Below are positions 49,259 to 58,143 of a stretch of 64,000 nucleotides of DNA, piece by piece; the stretch's first letter is position 1, and every line of letters begins with the position of its first letter. The notes beneath the pieces are model-generated. The model did no database searches and was not told the DNA's origin. It saw nothing but the letters and a program-made list of their open reading frames with translations. The DNA comes from Erythrobacteraceae bacterium (GTDB taxonomy: Bacteria > Pseudomonadota > Alphaproteobacteria > Sphingomonadales > Sphingomonadaceae). The DNA is taken from contig CANJYE010000007.1 of NCBI GenBank assembly GCA_947479055.1, forward strand, positions 19,704 through 83,703, given 5' to 3'. Made by a program: the position numbers and the translations under genes.

Positions 49259-50110
49259 ATGTCAGAATTCGCGAAATGCCGACGCGGCTGGAGACAGCCA
49301 TCCGTCATGCCGGGCTTCGGGTTGACCTTCGGGTTCACCCTGGCCTGGCTTACCCTCATCGTGCTCATCCCGCTGGCGACGATCTTCCTGAAGTCGGCGG
49401 GCATGGGTTTCAGCGACTTCCTCGAAGTCGGCTTCTCCCGGCGCGCGCTGGCGGCCTACCGGCTGAGCTTCGGCACAGCTGCGGCCGCAGGCCTTGTCAA
49501 CGCCGTGTTCGGTCTGCTCGTCGCCTGGGTACTGGTGCGTTACACCTTTCCGGGCAAGCGGATCGTCAGCGCGCTGGTCGATCTGCCGTTTGCCCTGCCG
49601 ACGGCAGTCGCAGGCATCGCGCTGACCGCGCTTTACGCGCCGAACGGCTGGATCGGCCAGTATCTCGAACCGCTGGGGATCAAGGTCGCCTTCACCTCGC
49701 TCGGGATCACCGTGGCGCTGGTGTTCATTGGCCTGCCGTTCGTGGTCCGCTCGGTCGAGCCGGTGCTGGCCGATCTCGGTCGGGACGTGGAAGAAGCGGC
49801 GGCAACGCTGGGCGCGACCCGGTTCCAGACCTTCTGCCGCGTGATCCTCCCCGCCATCGCCCCCGCGCTGCTGACCGGCTTCGCTCTCGCCTTTGCGCGC
49901 GGAGTGGGGGAATATGGCTCGGTGATCTTCATTTCCGGCAACATGCCCGGCAAGACCGAGATCGCGCCGCTGCTGATCGTCACCCAGCTGGAACAATACG
50001 CCTATGACGGCGCGACCGCGATCGCGACCGTGATGATGCTCGCTTCTTTCGCCGTGCTGCTGCTGATCAACTGGATCCAGGCCGTCAACCGCAGGAGGTA
50101 CGGGGCATGA
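49259..50110 (+). CDS. cysT: sulfate ABC transporter permease CysT
   Basis: 283 aa. [16 protein letters not shown] at the N-terminus and an EAA loop ([15 protein letters not shown]). An alternative start is at 49307. Confidence 0.9.
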   Translation: MSEFAKCRRGWRQPSVMPGFGLTFGFTLAWLTLIVLIPLATIFLKSAGMGFSDFLEVGFSRRALAAYRLSFGTAAAAGLVNAVFGLLVAWVLVRYTFPGKRIVSALVDLPFALPTAVAGIALTALYAPNGWIGQYLEPLGIKVAFTSLGITVALVFIGLPFVVRSVEPVLADLGRDVEEAAATLGATRFQTFCRVILPAIAPALLTGFALAFARGVGEYGSVIFISGNMPGKTEIAPLLIVTQLEQYAYDGATAIATVMMLASFAVLLLINWIQAVNRRRYGA

Positions 50111-50949
50111 GCCGCACCGCTTCCACCACCGAGGGACGCCTGACCAGGGCGCTGTTGATCCTGGCCGCGCTCAGCTTCCTCGGCTTCTTCCTGCTGCTGC
50201 CGCTGATCTCGGTCTTTTCCGAAGCGCTCAAGCAGGGCATCGGGGCTTTTGCCGATGCCGTGGTCAATTCCGATGCGTTGGCCGCGATCCGGCTGACGCT
50301 TCTGGTCGCCGCGATCAGCGTGCCACTGAACATCGTGTTCGGCATTGCGGCAAGTTGGGCGATCACCAAGTTCAGCTTCCCCGGCAAGAGCCTGCTGCTG
50401 ACGCTGATCGACCTGCCGTTCTCGGTCTCACCAGTGGTCTCGGGCCTGATCTTCGTACTGCTGTTCGGCGCGCATGGGCTGGTTGGCCCGTGGCTGGCGG
50501 AACATGACCTCAAGGTGATCTTCGCGGTGCCGGGGATCGTGCTGGCCACCGTCTTCATCACCTTCCCCTTCGTCGCGCGCGAACTGATTCCGCTGATGAT
50601 GGAGCAGGGCAAGGATGACGAGGAAGCGGCGATCTCGCTCGGCGCGAACGGCTTTCAGACCTTCTGGCACGTCACCCTGCCCAACATCCGCTGGGGCCTG
50701 CTTTATGGCGTGCTGCTGTGCAACGCCCGGGCAATGGGAGAGTTCGGCGCGGTTTCGGTGGTTTCGGGCCATATTCGCGGCCTGACCAACACCATGCCGC
50801 TGCATGTCGAGATCCTCTATAACGAATATGACTTTGTCGGAGCCTTTGCCGTGGCCTCACTGCTGGCCTGCCTCGCACTGGTGACCCTTGTCGCCAAGAG
50901 CGTGCTCGAATGGCGCTTCGACCTCCATCATGAAGGAGCAGGACATTGA
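50107..50949 (+). CDS. cysW: sulfate ABC transporter permease CysW
   Basis: 280 aa with an EAA loop ([15 protein letters not shown]). ATGA overlap with cysT. Confidence 0.9.
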   Translation: MSRTASTTEGRLTRALLILAALSFLGFFLLLPLISVFSEALKQGIGAFADAVVNSDALAAIRLTLLVAAISVPLNIVFGIAASWAITKFSFPGKSLLLTLIDLPFSVSPVVSGLIFVLLFGAHGLVGPWLAEHDLKVIFAVPGIVLATVFITFPFVARELIPLMMEQGKDDEEAAISLGANGFQTFWHVTLPNIRWGLLYGVLLCNARAMGEFGAVSVVSGHIRGLTNTMPLHVEILYNEYDFVGAFAVASLLACLALVTLVAKSVLEWRFDLHHEGAGH

Positions 50950-51953
50950 TCCGGCTGAATAACATCACCAAGGCCTTCGGCGATTTTCCCGCGCTCCACG
51001 GCATCGATCTCCATATCCAGCCCGGCGAGTTCATCGCCCTGCTCGGGCCGTCGGGTTCGGGAAAGACCACCCTGCTGCGGATCATCGCGGGCCTGGAATT
51101 CCAGGACGGCGGACAGGTCCTGTTCGAGGGCGAAGACGTATCCGACCGGCCGGTGGCCGATCGCGGCGTCGGCTTCGTATTCCAGCAATATGCGCTGTTC
51201 CGCCACATGTCAGTGGCCGAGAATGTCGCGTTCGGCCTCAACGTCCGCAAGCGGCGCGACCGGCCTTCGCGGGCCGAGAGCAAGGCGCGGGCGGAAGAAC
51301 TGCTGCGACTGGTTCATCTCGAAGGGCTCGGCAAGCGCTATCCGGCGCAGCTTTCGGGCGGCCAGCGCCAGCGTGTCGCGCTCGCCCGCGCGCTGGCGAT
51401 CGAACCGAAGTTGCTGCTGCTGGATGAACCGTTCGGCGCGCTGGACGCCAAGGTCCGCAAGGACCTTCGTCGCTGGCTGCGCGACTTGCACAAGCAGATG
51501 GGGCTGACCTCAATCTTCGTTACCCATGATCAGGAAGAGGCGCTGGAACTGGCCGATCGGGTGGTGGTGATGGACCACGGCAAGATCGAACAGGTCGGCA
51601 CGCCCGAACAGGTCTACATGCAGCCCGCCACGCCGTTCGTCTCGCATTTCGTCGGCGAAACCAACCGGCTACCCGGCGCGGGCGGGGAAATCCACGTCCG
51701 ACCGCACGATCTCGAGATCGTCGCCAGCGGCGGCGACAGCGGCGGCGACAGCGGCGGCAGGGCGGTGCTGGTCGACAACGTCTTCCGCAAAGGCGGCATG
51801 TGGCGGGTGGAAGGCACACTCGATGGCAGTTCCCGCGTAGTCGAGATTGATCTTGATTCCAGCCAGCCTGCCCCGGCGCTCGGCCAGACCATCCACATCC
51901 GCCCCAGGCGGTCCATCAATTTCACTGCCAATGGAGTCCCCCATGATCAGTAG
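50946..51953 (+). CDS. cysA: sulfate/thiosulfate import ATP-binding protein CysA
   Basis: 335 aa with a TTG start, Walker [10 protein letters not shown], signature LSGGQRQR and Walker B LLLDEP. Confidence 0.92.
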   Translation: MIRLNNITKAFGDFPALHGIDLHIQPGEFIALLGPSGSGKTTLLRIIAGLEFQDGGQVLFEGEDVSDRPVADRGVGFVFQQYALFRHMSVAENVAFGLNVRKRRDRPSRAESKARAEELLRLVHLEGLGKRYPAQLSGGQRQRVALARALAIEPKLLLLDEPFGALDAKVRKDLRRWLRDLHKQMGLTSIFVTHDQEEALELADRVVVMDHGKIEQVGTPEQVYMQPATPFVSHFVGETNRLPGAGGEIHVRPHDLEIVASGGDSGGDSGGRAVLVDNVFRKGGMWRVEGTLDGSSRVVEIDLDSSQPAPALGQTIHIRPRRSINFTANGVPHDQ

Positions 51954-52122
51954 GCCTGACCAGTCCGCCTCGCCCGAAGCGGCGCGGCTGCTGGAAGAGA
52001 GCATCGCCAGCGTCCGCGAAGCGCTGAGCGGTCTCAAATTCGGCAATGTGTCCCTCACCGTGCACGAAGGGCGCGTCGTCCAGATCGATGTGACGGAAAA
52101 GAAGCGGCTCAAGCCGAACTGA
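51943..52122 (+). CDS. YezD-like small protein (DUF2292 type)
   Basis: 59 aa. Its ATG overlaps the cysA 3' end. The core [23 protein letters not shown] resembles YezD proteins that commonly ride in sulfur-assimilation operons. Confidence 0.65.
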   Translation: MISRPDQSASPEAARLLEESIASVREALSGLKFGNVSLTVHEGRVVQIDVTEKKRLKPN

Positions 52123-52208
52123 TCCGATCGCCTAACTGTTAAACCAACCTGTTCAACCCGCCAACCGGACCACTGGAGGCATCATGACCCTGACGAAAAG
52201 GATTACCG

Positions 52209-54653
52209 ATGATCTCCCGTACTCTCCTCCTGGCGGGTGTCGCTTCCGCGACGCTGCTCGCCACTCCCGCCCTGGCCGAAGCCGCGGCTGACGTCGCCGC
52301 GGAGGCACAACCCACCTCGGTTGGCACCGGCGCGGCCGACGATAGCGATGAAATCATCGTCACCGCCCGCCGCCGCCAGGAAACCGCCCAGTCCGTTCCG
52401 CTCGCCATCTCGGTGATCGGCGGCGAGCATATCGACAACACCGGCAGCTTCAATGTCGGCCGGCTCCAGCAGCTGACCCCGGCGTTGCAGTTCTATTCCT
52501 CCAACCCGCGCAACACGGCGGTCAACATCCGGGGCATCGGCGTGCCGTTCGGCCTGACCAACGACGGGATCGAACAGGGCGTCGGGATCTATGTCGACGA
52601 TGTCTATTATTCGCGCGTCGCCTCGGCCACCTTCGACTTCCTTGATGTGAAGCAGATCGAAGTGCTGCGCGGGCCGCAGGGCACGCTCTATGGCAAGAAC
52701 ACCGCGGCCGGCGCAGTCAACATCACCACCCGCGCGCCGACTTTCGATTTCGAAGGCCGGGCCGAAGTGACTGTCGGCAACCTTGGATTCAAGCAGGCCA
52801 AGGCAGCCATCTCCGGCCCGCTGTCGGAAACGCTGGCCGCACGTCTGGCGATTTCCTCGACCAGCCGGCGCGGCACAATCCGCAATGTCGCCACCAACAA
52901 CTGGATCAACGAGCAGGAAAACCTTGGCCTGCGCGGCCAGCTCCTGTGGCGCCCGAGCGACAATCTCGACGTGACCCTGGCTGGCGATTTCAGCACGCAG
53001 GATCCGCAATGCTGCGCCCAGATCTATGTCAAGACCGGCCTGACCCAGCGTTCCCTCAGCCGCCAATATGAGGCTCTGTCCGCGTTGCAGAACTATGCCG
53101 TGCCCAGCACCAATCCGTTCGACCGGGTGACCGATGTCGATGCCGACCTGAATGCCGGCAACAAGATCGGCGGCCTGTCGCTGCGGGCCAAGTGGGATAC
53201 CGGTTCGGGCACATTCACCTCCGTCACCGCATGGCGGTTCTGGGACTGGAAACCGGCCAACGACCGCGATTTCACCGGCCTGCCTATCACCACCAAGTCC
53301 AACAACCCCTCGCAGCAGGACCAGTTCACCCAGGAATTCCGCTATTCCCGCACCGGCAAGGCGATCGATTTCGTGGTCGGCCTGTTCGCCTTCAAGCAGA
53401 AGATCCGCACCCAGGGCATCCAGCAGCAGGGCCCGGCGGCCAGCCGCTGGCTGATCAATCCTTCCAGCTCGCTGTCGCTTGACCCGACCGTGTTGGACGG
53501 GCTGACCGCGCAAAACGACATCCGCCTCGACAACACCAGCCTTGCCGCCTTTGGCCAGGTCAGCTGGAAGCTGTCGGACGCCTTCACCGTGCAACCGGGC
53601 TTCCGCGTCAACTATGACAAGAAAAAGGGCCTCTACAATTCGGTCGTGACCAATGGCGCGGGACAGCTCGTTACCTTTGCCAGCACCGATCCCCGGATCG
53701 TGGCCCAGCGAGCGGTGCTGGCTCCACAGTTCTTCGAGCCGAAGTTCAGCGACTGGAACTTCAGCTATGACGTCACCGCCAGCTACAGGCTGTCGCGCGA
53801 CATCCTGGCCTATGCGACCTATGCCAAGACGTTCAAATCGGGCGGCATCAATCTGAACGGCGTTCCCGCCGACACGCTCGGCAATCCGTTGCTGGCGGCT
53901 GGCACGGTCAAGCCCGAAAAGGTCAGCCACTTCGAAGCCGGGATCAAGGCGCAGTTCTGGGATCGCAAGGTCACGCTGAACCTTTCGGCCTTCCGCACCG
54001 AAATCCGCAACTACCAGGCGCTGGTCAACAATGGCCAGCTCGGCGTGCTGCGTGGATATCTGGCCAATGCTGACAAAGTCCGCACGCAGGGGCTCGAATG
54101 GGATTTCTCAGTCCGTCCGAGCGAGCGATTCAACCTCTACGTCAACGGTTCACGCACCAATGCCAAATATGTGAAGTTCGTTGATGCACCCTGCCCGCCA
54201 GAGCTTTCCGGTGGCACCACCGTCTTGCCTGGCCAGGTGCCGGGCGAGGCGGGAATTCCCGGCGGGCTCAGCCCGGAATCCTGCGACATTTCGGGCCAGC
54301 GCCTGCCGGGCGTCTCGAAATGGACGCTGTCCTATGGGGCCGAGGTCAACCTTCCGACAACCGTGCTGGGCAAGGAAGGCGTGGTCTATCTCGGCTATGA
54401 TGGCAATCTGCGGTCCAACTTCTCGTCCAACCCAACGCCTTCGGCCTATACCTGGGTCAAAGGCTATTCGCTTTCGAACTTCCGCCTGGGCTATCGCAGC
54501 GAACACGGCGTCGACCTCTATGGCTGGGTCCGCAACGCCTTCAAGCAGAAGTATTTCGAACAGCTGGCGGTGCCAAGCGGTAACACCGGTCTGATTGTGG
54601 GCCAGCCGGGTGATCCCCGGACCTGGGGCTTCACGGTTAAGGCTGAATTCTGA
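52209..54653 (+). CDS. TonB-dependent receptor
   Basis: 814 aa with a signal peptide, a plug (IIVTARRRQE, VEVLRGPQGTLYGKNT) and a beta-barrel ending in the terminal aromatic TVKAEF. Confidence 0.9.
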   Translation: MISRTLLLAGVASATLLATPALAEAAADVAAEAQPTSVGTGAADDSDEIIVTARRRQETAQSVPLAISVIGGEHIDNTGSFNVGRLQQLTPALQFYSSNPRNTAVNIRGIGVPFGLTNDGIEQGVGIYVDDVYYSRVASATFDFLDVKQIEVLRGPQGTLYGKNTAAGAVNITTRAPTFDFEGRAEVTVGNLGFKQAKAAISGPLSETLAARLAISSTSRRGTIRNVATNNWINEQENLGLRGQLLWRPSDNLDVTLAGDFSTQDPQCCAQIYVKTGLTQRSLSRQYEALSALQNYAVPSTNPFDRVTDVDADLNAGNKIGGLSLRAKWDTGSGTFTSVTAWRFWDWKPANDRDFTGLPITTKSNNPSQQDQFTQEFRYSRTGKAIDFVVGLFAFKQKIRTQGIQQQGPAASRWLINPSSSLSLDPTVLDGLTAQNDIRLDNTSLAAFGQVSWKLSDAFTVQPGFRVNYDKKKGLYNSVVTNGAGQLVTFASTDPRIVAQRAVLAPQFFEPKFSDWNFSYDVTASYRLSRDILAYATYAKTFKSGGINLNGVPADTLGNPLLAAGTVKPEKVSHFEAGIKAQFWDRKVTLNLSAFRTEIRNYQALVNNGQLGVLRGYLANADKVRTQGLEWDFSVRPSERFNLYVNGSRTNAKYVKFVDAPCPPELSGGTTVLPGQVPGEAGIPGGLSPESCDISGQRLPGVSKWTLSYGAEVNLPTTVLGKEGVVYLGYDGNLRSNFSSNPTPSAYTWVKGYSLSNFRLGYRSEHGVDLYGWVRNAFKQKYFEQLAVPSGNTGLIVGQPGDPRTWGFTVKAEF

Positions 54654-54664
54654 GAAATGCGAAT

Positions 54665-54696
54665 GACCGGGGGCGGGCTTCCGCCTGCCCCCGGTC
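54665..54696. terminator. bidirectional rho-independent terminator candidate
   Basis: 14-bp stem GACCGGGGGCGGGC / GCCTGCCCCCGGTC with loop TTCC, between the convergent TBDR and RTX genes. Confidence 0.55.
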
Positions 54697-54721
54697 AATT
54701 GCCTGTACGCTGAACCTTACG

Positions 54722-55930
54722 TCAGAGAACAAAATCACCGGCGTGCAGTGTCACCAAGCCATCGACCCTGATGGCAAAATCGGCCAGGGCATCGCCGTTC
54801 TGGTCGCCATAGAGCCAGGTGTTGCCGTTCTGCTGTTCATAGCGCAGCTCGCCAGCGGTATGGCTGAAGGTTGCCGTATCGATGAAAGTGAAGGCCTGAT
54901 CGCCAGCGAGCGTGGTGTCGGCATCGACCAGAGACAGGTTGATCGTGTCGCCCTGTCCTTCGGTGAAATCAGTGACATGATCGGCGACGAGCCGTGTTGC
55001 ACCAAGATCGCCATCGTCAAAGACAAAGCGATCCGCACCGTCGCCGCCGGTCAGGATGTCCCGACCCGAACCGCCCCGAATGGTGTCGCCACCACTGCCG
55101 CCACTGAGATTGTCATCACCTGCGCCACCGACCATGCGATCATTCCCGCTCCCGCCGGCAAGATTGTCCTTGCCGTCTCCGCCCTTGAGCAGGTCACTGC
55201 TGTCACCGCCGCTCAGCCGGTCATCACCCGCGCCACCATTGACATCGTCAACGCCGCCGCCGCCAACGAGATCATCATTGCCCGAGCCACCCGACATCGA
55301 GTCATCGCCGGTACCACCGATCAGGTCATCATTGCCGGAGCCGCCATCGAGCGAATCGGCGCCGTCATCGCCCTTCAGGATGTCGTCGTCGGCACCGCCG
55401 TGCAAGCTGTCGTCACCGACGCCGCCGCTCAGCGCGTCGTAGCCACTGTCACCGCTGATGTCATCGCTGCCCGACCCGCCGCTCAGGTCATCATCGCCTT
55501 CCTCGCCATGGAGGCTGTCATCGCCGCCAAGGCCCCAGATATTGTCGTCTCCGCCGCCGCCATGGCTGGTGTCGTTGCCGGAATTGCCGTCAATGTTGTC
55601 ATCGATCGAACCGTCATGGTCCTGATCGTCGTCGATGCCATCGTTAGACAGATGTTCGACCGGTTCCGCAATTGGCGTTCCGCCCAGATCGGTGAATACA
55701 TCTTCGCCTCGTTCATACAGGCTGGGGTCGTCGCTGGGGTCGGCCGTCTGTTGGAAAGTCTCGATCTCGATGTAGGTCGAGTGGGTCGAACGCAGCGTGA
55801 TATCCCCGCTTGCCGGGTCGAATGAGATATCCTGATTAAGCTTCACCGTTTCGGGCCGGAATTCGTTGCCGTGTTCTTCGAACATGGCGATGGAGTTGGC
55901 TCCGACGGCGAACTTGTAGAGTTTTGGCAT
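54722..55930 (-). CDS. RTX-type calcium-binding secreted protein (hemolysin-type repeats, serralysin-like C-terminal domain)
   Basis: 402 aa. About 100 aa of unknown N-domain, an acidic linker, about 20 GGxGxDxLx nonapeptides, and a C-terminal T1SS-substrate-like domain ending in DFVL. Confidence 0.85.
   Translation of the reverse strand: MPKLYKFAVGANSIAMFEEHGNEFRPETVKLNQDISFDPASGDITLRSTHSTYIEIETFQQTADPSDDPSLYERGEDVFTDLGGTPIAEPVEHLSNDGIDDDQDHDGSIDDNIDGNSGNDTSHGGGGDDNIWGLGGDDSLHGEEGDDDLSGGSGSDDISGDSGYDALSGGVGDDSLHGGADDDILKGDDGADSLDGGSGNDDLIGGTGDDSMSGGSGNDDLVGGGGVDDVNGGAGDDRLSGGDSSDLLKGGDGKDNLAGGSGNDRMVGGAGDDNLSGGSGGDTIRGGSGRDILTGGDGADRFVFDDGDLGATRLVADHVTDFTEGQGDTINLSLVDADTTLAGDQAFTFIDTATFSHTAGELRYEQQNGNTWLYGDQNGDALADFAIRVDGLVTLHAGDFVL
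55031..55588. repeat. coding nonapeptide (RTX) repeat block
   Basis: 27-nt periodic GG(N)GG(N)GA(Y)GA(Y) repeats on the minus strand, corresponding to residues 115-300 of the RTX protein. Confidence 0.8.
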
Positions 55931-56336
55931 GGTGTGATCCCCTTTTCAATCCGTTCAAGGCTGGCGCCGGATGGCACCCGCTTGAAATCACCGCGTCGAC
56001 CGCAGGGATATGACGCGCGATGGTGCCGCGTTTTCCCTGTGAGGCTTCGATGCTTTCACAGTCAAAACGTTGGCCAATGGGAGTTATTCCGTCCGGTCAG
56101 GATTATTTTGGCCAGCCTCGCTTCAGCAGAACCGGGCAGAGCCTCTCGTCCGCCTGACGGCCGCACCAATCTGGTCGCCAGGACCCTGCCATTTTGGCAA
56201 AGGAGCGGGCAAAGGCGACATTGGTTGCCGCATCAAAATCCATGTGTATGTATATAAGCCAAGCCAGCGACAGGTTCGCCGACTGCGATTAGCCTCGATT
56301 TGCTCCGACGAGAAGTGAACGAGCCTTGAGGAAGAG

Positions 56337-57557
56337 ATGCCTGCGATGCTGGCCGAGCTGAAGATCGATCTGCCTGAGAATGTACCGGCCGACCGGGTAG
56401 TCGATTGGAATGTTTACGCTCCGCCCCATGTCGAGTCTGGATTTCAGGAAGCCTGGCTGGCCCTCCAGGCACCGGATATGCCCGAAATGGTCTGGACTCC
56501 AAAAAATGGCGGTCACTGGATTCCGACTACTGCCGAGCTTGTCCTTGCCGTGTTCGAAGACCACGAACGCTTTTCGAACCGCGTCTACGCGGTGCCCAAA
56601 GAGGGCGGCGAAAAGCAGAACATGATTCCGATCAATATCGATCCGCCGGAGCATCACCCCTGGCGCATCCTCTTGAACAGCAATCTTACTCCACGCGAAG
56701 TTCGCAAGGTGGAAGGGCTGGTTCGCCAGACTGCCATCGAACTGATCGAACCAATCCAGCACGATGGCCAATGCGATTTCGTGGAAATGGTCTCGAGCCA
56801 GTTTCCGCTGAGGATCTTCACCCGTATCGTCGATCTGGCCGGAGAACGGGTTCCCCGGTTCAAGTGGCTGGTGGAACAATTCACCCGTCCCGATGGCACC
56901 CAGACCATGGAGGAGACATTCACGGCCCTGAAGGAAGAGATCGCGACCATCGTCGATGTCCGGATGGGCAAGGATGGCGACGACATGTTCAGCAAGCTGA
57001 TCAATGGCGAAGTCCACGGTCGCAATCTGCTGCGCGAAGAAGCCATCCAGATGTGTGCGCTGGTGATGATCGCCGGTCTGGATACGGTGCAGAATTTCCT
57101 CGGCTTTGCGATGTGGCATCTTGCCACCCATCCGCAGGATCGGGCCAAGCTGGTGGCCGAGAAATCGGCCATACCTGGCGCAGTCGAAGAACTTCTCCGG
57201 CGGTTTCCCATCGTAATGTCGGGCCGCGAGGTGCGCAAGGATTTCAAATTCGGTGGGGTGCAGCTCAAGAAAGGGGACGTGCTGGTGGCATCAACCGTGT
57301 TGCACGGCCTCGATCAGCGCATGCATGATGCACCGATGGAGGTCGATTTCGAACGCAAGCGTTCCGTGCATATGACCTTTGGCGCTGGCCCCCATATGTG
57401 CCCCGGCGCCAATCTCGCGCGGAGCGAATTGCGGATCGCGCTGGAAGAATGGCTTGAACGGATCCCCGAATTTGCGCTGGCACCCGGCGGAAAGGTAACG
57501 TTCAGCGGGGGCCTGACGGGCTCGTTGGAAAGCCTGCCGCTGGTCTGGCCGATCTGA
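56337..57557 (+). CDS. cytochrome P450, CYP101 (P450cam-like) family
   Basis: 406 aa with heme loop FGAGPHMCPGANLAR. Long stretches parallel my recollection of P450cam, e.g. QEAWLALQAPDMPEMVWTPKNGGHWIPT, FTRPDG, GLDTVQNFLGF, EELLRRF, GVQLKKGD and LPLVW. Confidence 0.92.
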   Translation: MPAMLAELKIDLPENVPADRVVDWNVYAPPHVESGFQEAWLALQAPDMPEMVWTPKNGGHWIPTTAELVLAVFEDHERFSNRVYAVPKEGGEKQNMIPINIDPPEHHPWRILLNSNLTPREVRKVEGLVRQTAIELIEPIQHDGQCDFVEMVSSQFPLRIFTRIVDLAGERVPRFKWLVEQFTRPDGTQTMEETFTALKEEIATIVDVRMGKDGDDMFSKLINGEVHGRNLLREEAIQMCALVMIAGLDTVQNFLGFAMWHLATHPQDRAKLVAEKSAIPGAVEELLRRFPIVMSGREVRKDFKFGGVQLKKGDVLVASTVLHGLDQRMHDAPMEVDFERKRSVHMTFGAGPHMCPGANLARSELRIALEEWLERIPEFALAPGGKVTFSGGLTGSLESLPLVWPI

Positions 57558-57605
57558 GCGTTCCCTGGGCAGAACAAGTGAGGCAATAACGCCCCGCCTG
57601 TTTTC

Positions 57606-58115
57606 TTACCGCCTCACTCCCAGATTCGGATCGACGATCAGCTCGGCCTCACGCCCGCCGGGATGCTGGATATGTTCATAAATGCGAACATAGCCGCTAC
57701 TCTTGATCTTCCAGGCACCGTCCAGACGGACATATTCGTCGTAATAATGCCCTGCCCCTTGCAGCACTTCGCCGCCGGTCAGCGGAAAGGCCACCACTTC
57801 GGGCAGCGGCGCGATGAAATGGCAGGTATCTTCCACCCGCCAGATCGCGCTGGCGGTGTCCTCGCCGGTGATGTCGATTTCGGGATGGACCGCGATGTGG
57901 CTGGTTACAAAGCCGGGCGTCAGCAGCCCGGTGAAGAATCCCAGGATATTCTCGATCCCGGTATTGCTGTAAGTGCCATTGCCGAACCAGACTCTGGCAT
58001 CCTCGCAGAACACCTCGCGAAAGATGGCCAGATCATGCGTGTCGATCGCGCGCATGTAGCGGTATTTGAGGCGTCGGATCCGCTCATGGGTCACCAGTTC
58101 CTGCAACTCGCCCAT
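57606..58115 (-). CDS. NTF2-like (SnoaL_4 / ring-hydroxylating-dioxygenase-beta-like) protein
   Basis: 169 aa. N-terminal ERIRRLKYRYMRAIDTHD, typical of SnoaL-like NTF2 folds. Confidence 0.75.
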   Translation of the reverse strand: MGELQELVTHERIRRLKYRYMRAIDTHDLAIFREVFCEDARVWFGNGTYSNTGIENILGFFTGLLTPGFVTSHIAVHPEIDITGEDTASAIWRVEDTCHFIAPLPEVVAFPLTGGEVLQGAGHYYDEYVRLDGAWKIKSSGYVRIYEHIQHPGGREAELIVDPNLGVRR

Positions 58116-58143
58116 CGTTCTTCCCCGAATTGAGGCCCGCAGA

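Noticed and set aside
52184-52291. 35-codon ORF with a GGAGG SD overlapping the TonB-dependent receptor start
   Set aside because: It is out of frame with the receptor and overlaps the receptor's clear signal peptide. The translation has no features, so it is probably a fortuitous SD-like sequence in the leader.
55031-55588. Highly periodic DNA repeats that could be mistaken for a repeat array
   Set aside because: The 27-nt period is in frame and encodes GGxGxD RTX nonapeptides. There is no spacer/repeat alternation, so it is not a CRISPR array.
56190-56215. TTGGCAAAGGAGCGGGCAAAGG resembling a sigma-54 -24/-12 promoter
   Set aside because: The GG-to-GC spacing is off by one relative to TGGCAC-N5-TTGCW, the -12 element is poor, and no enhancer-binding protein gene is nearby.
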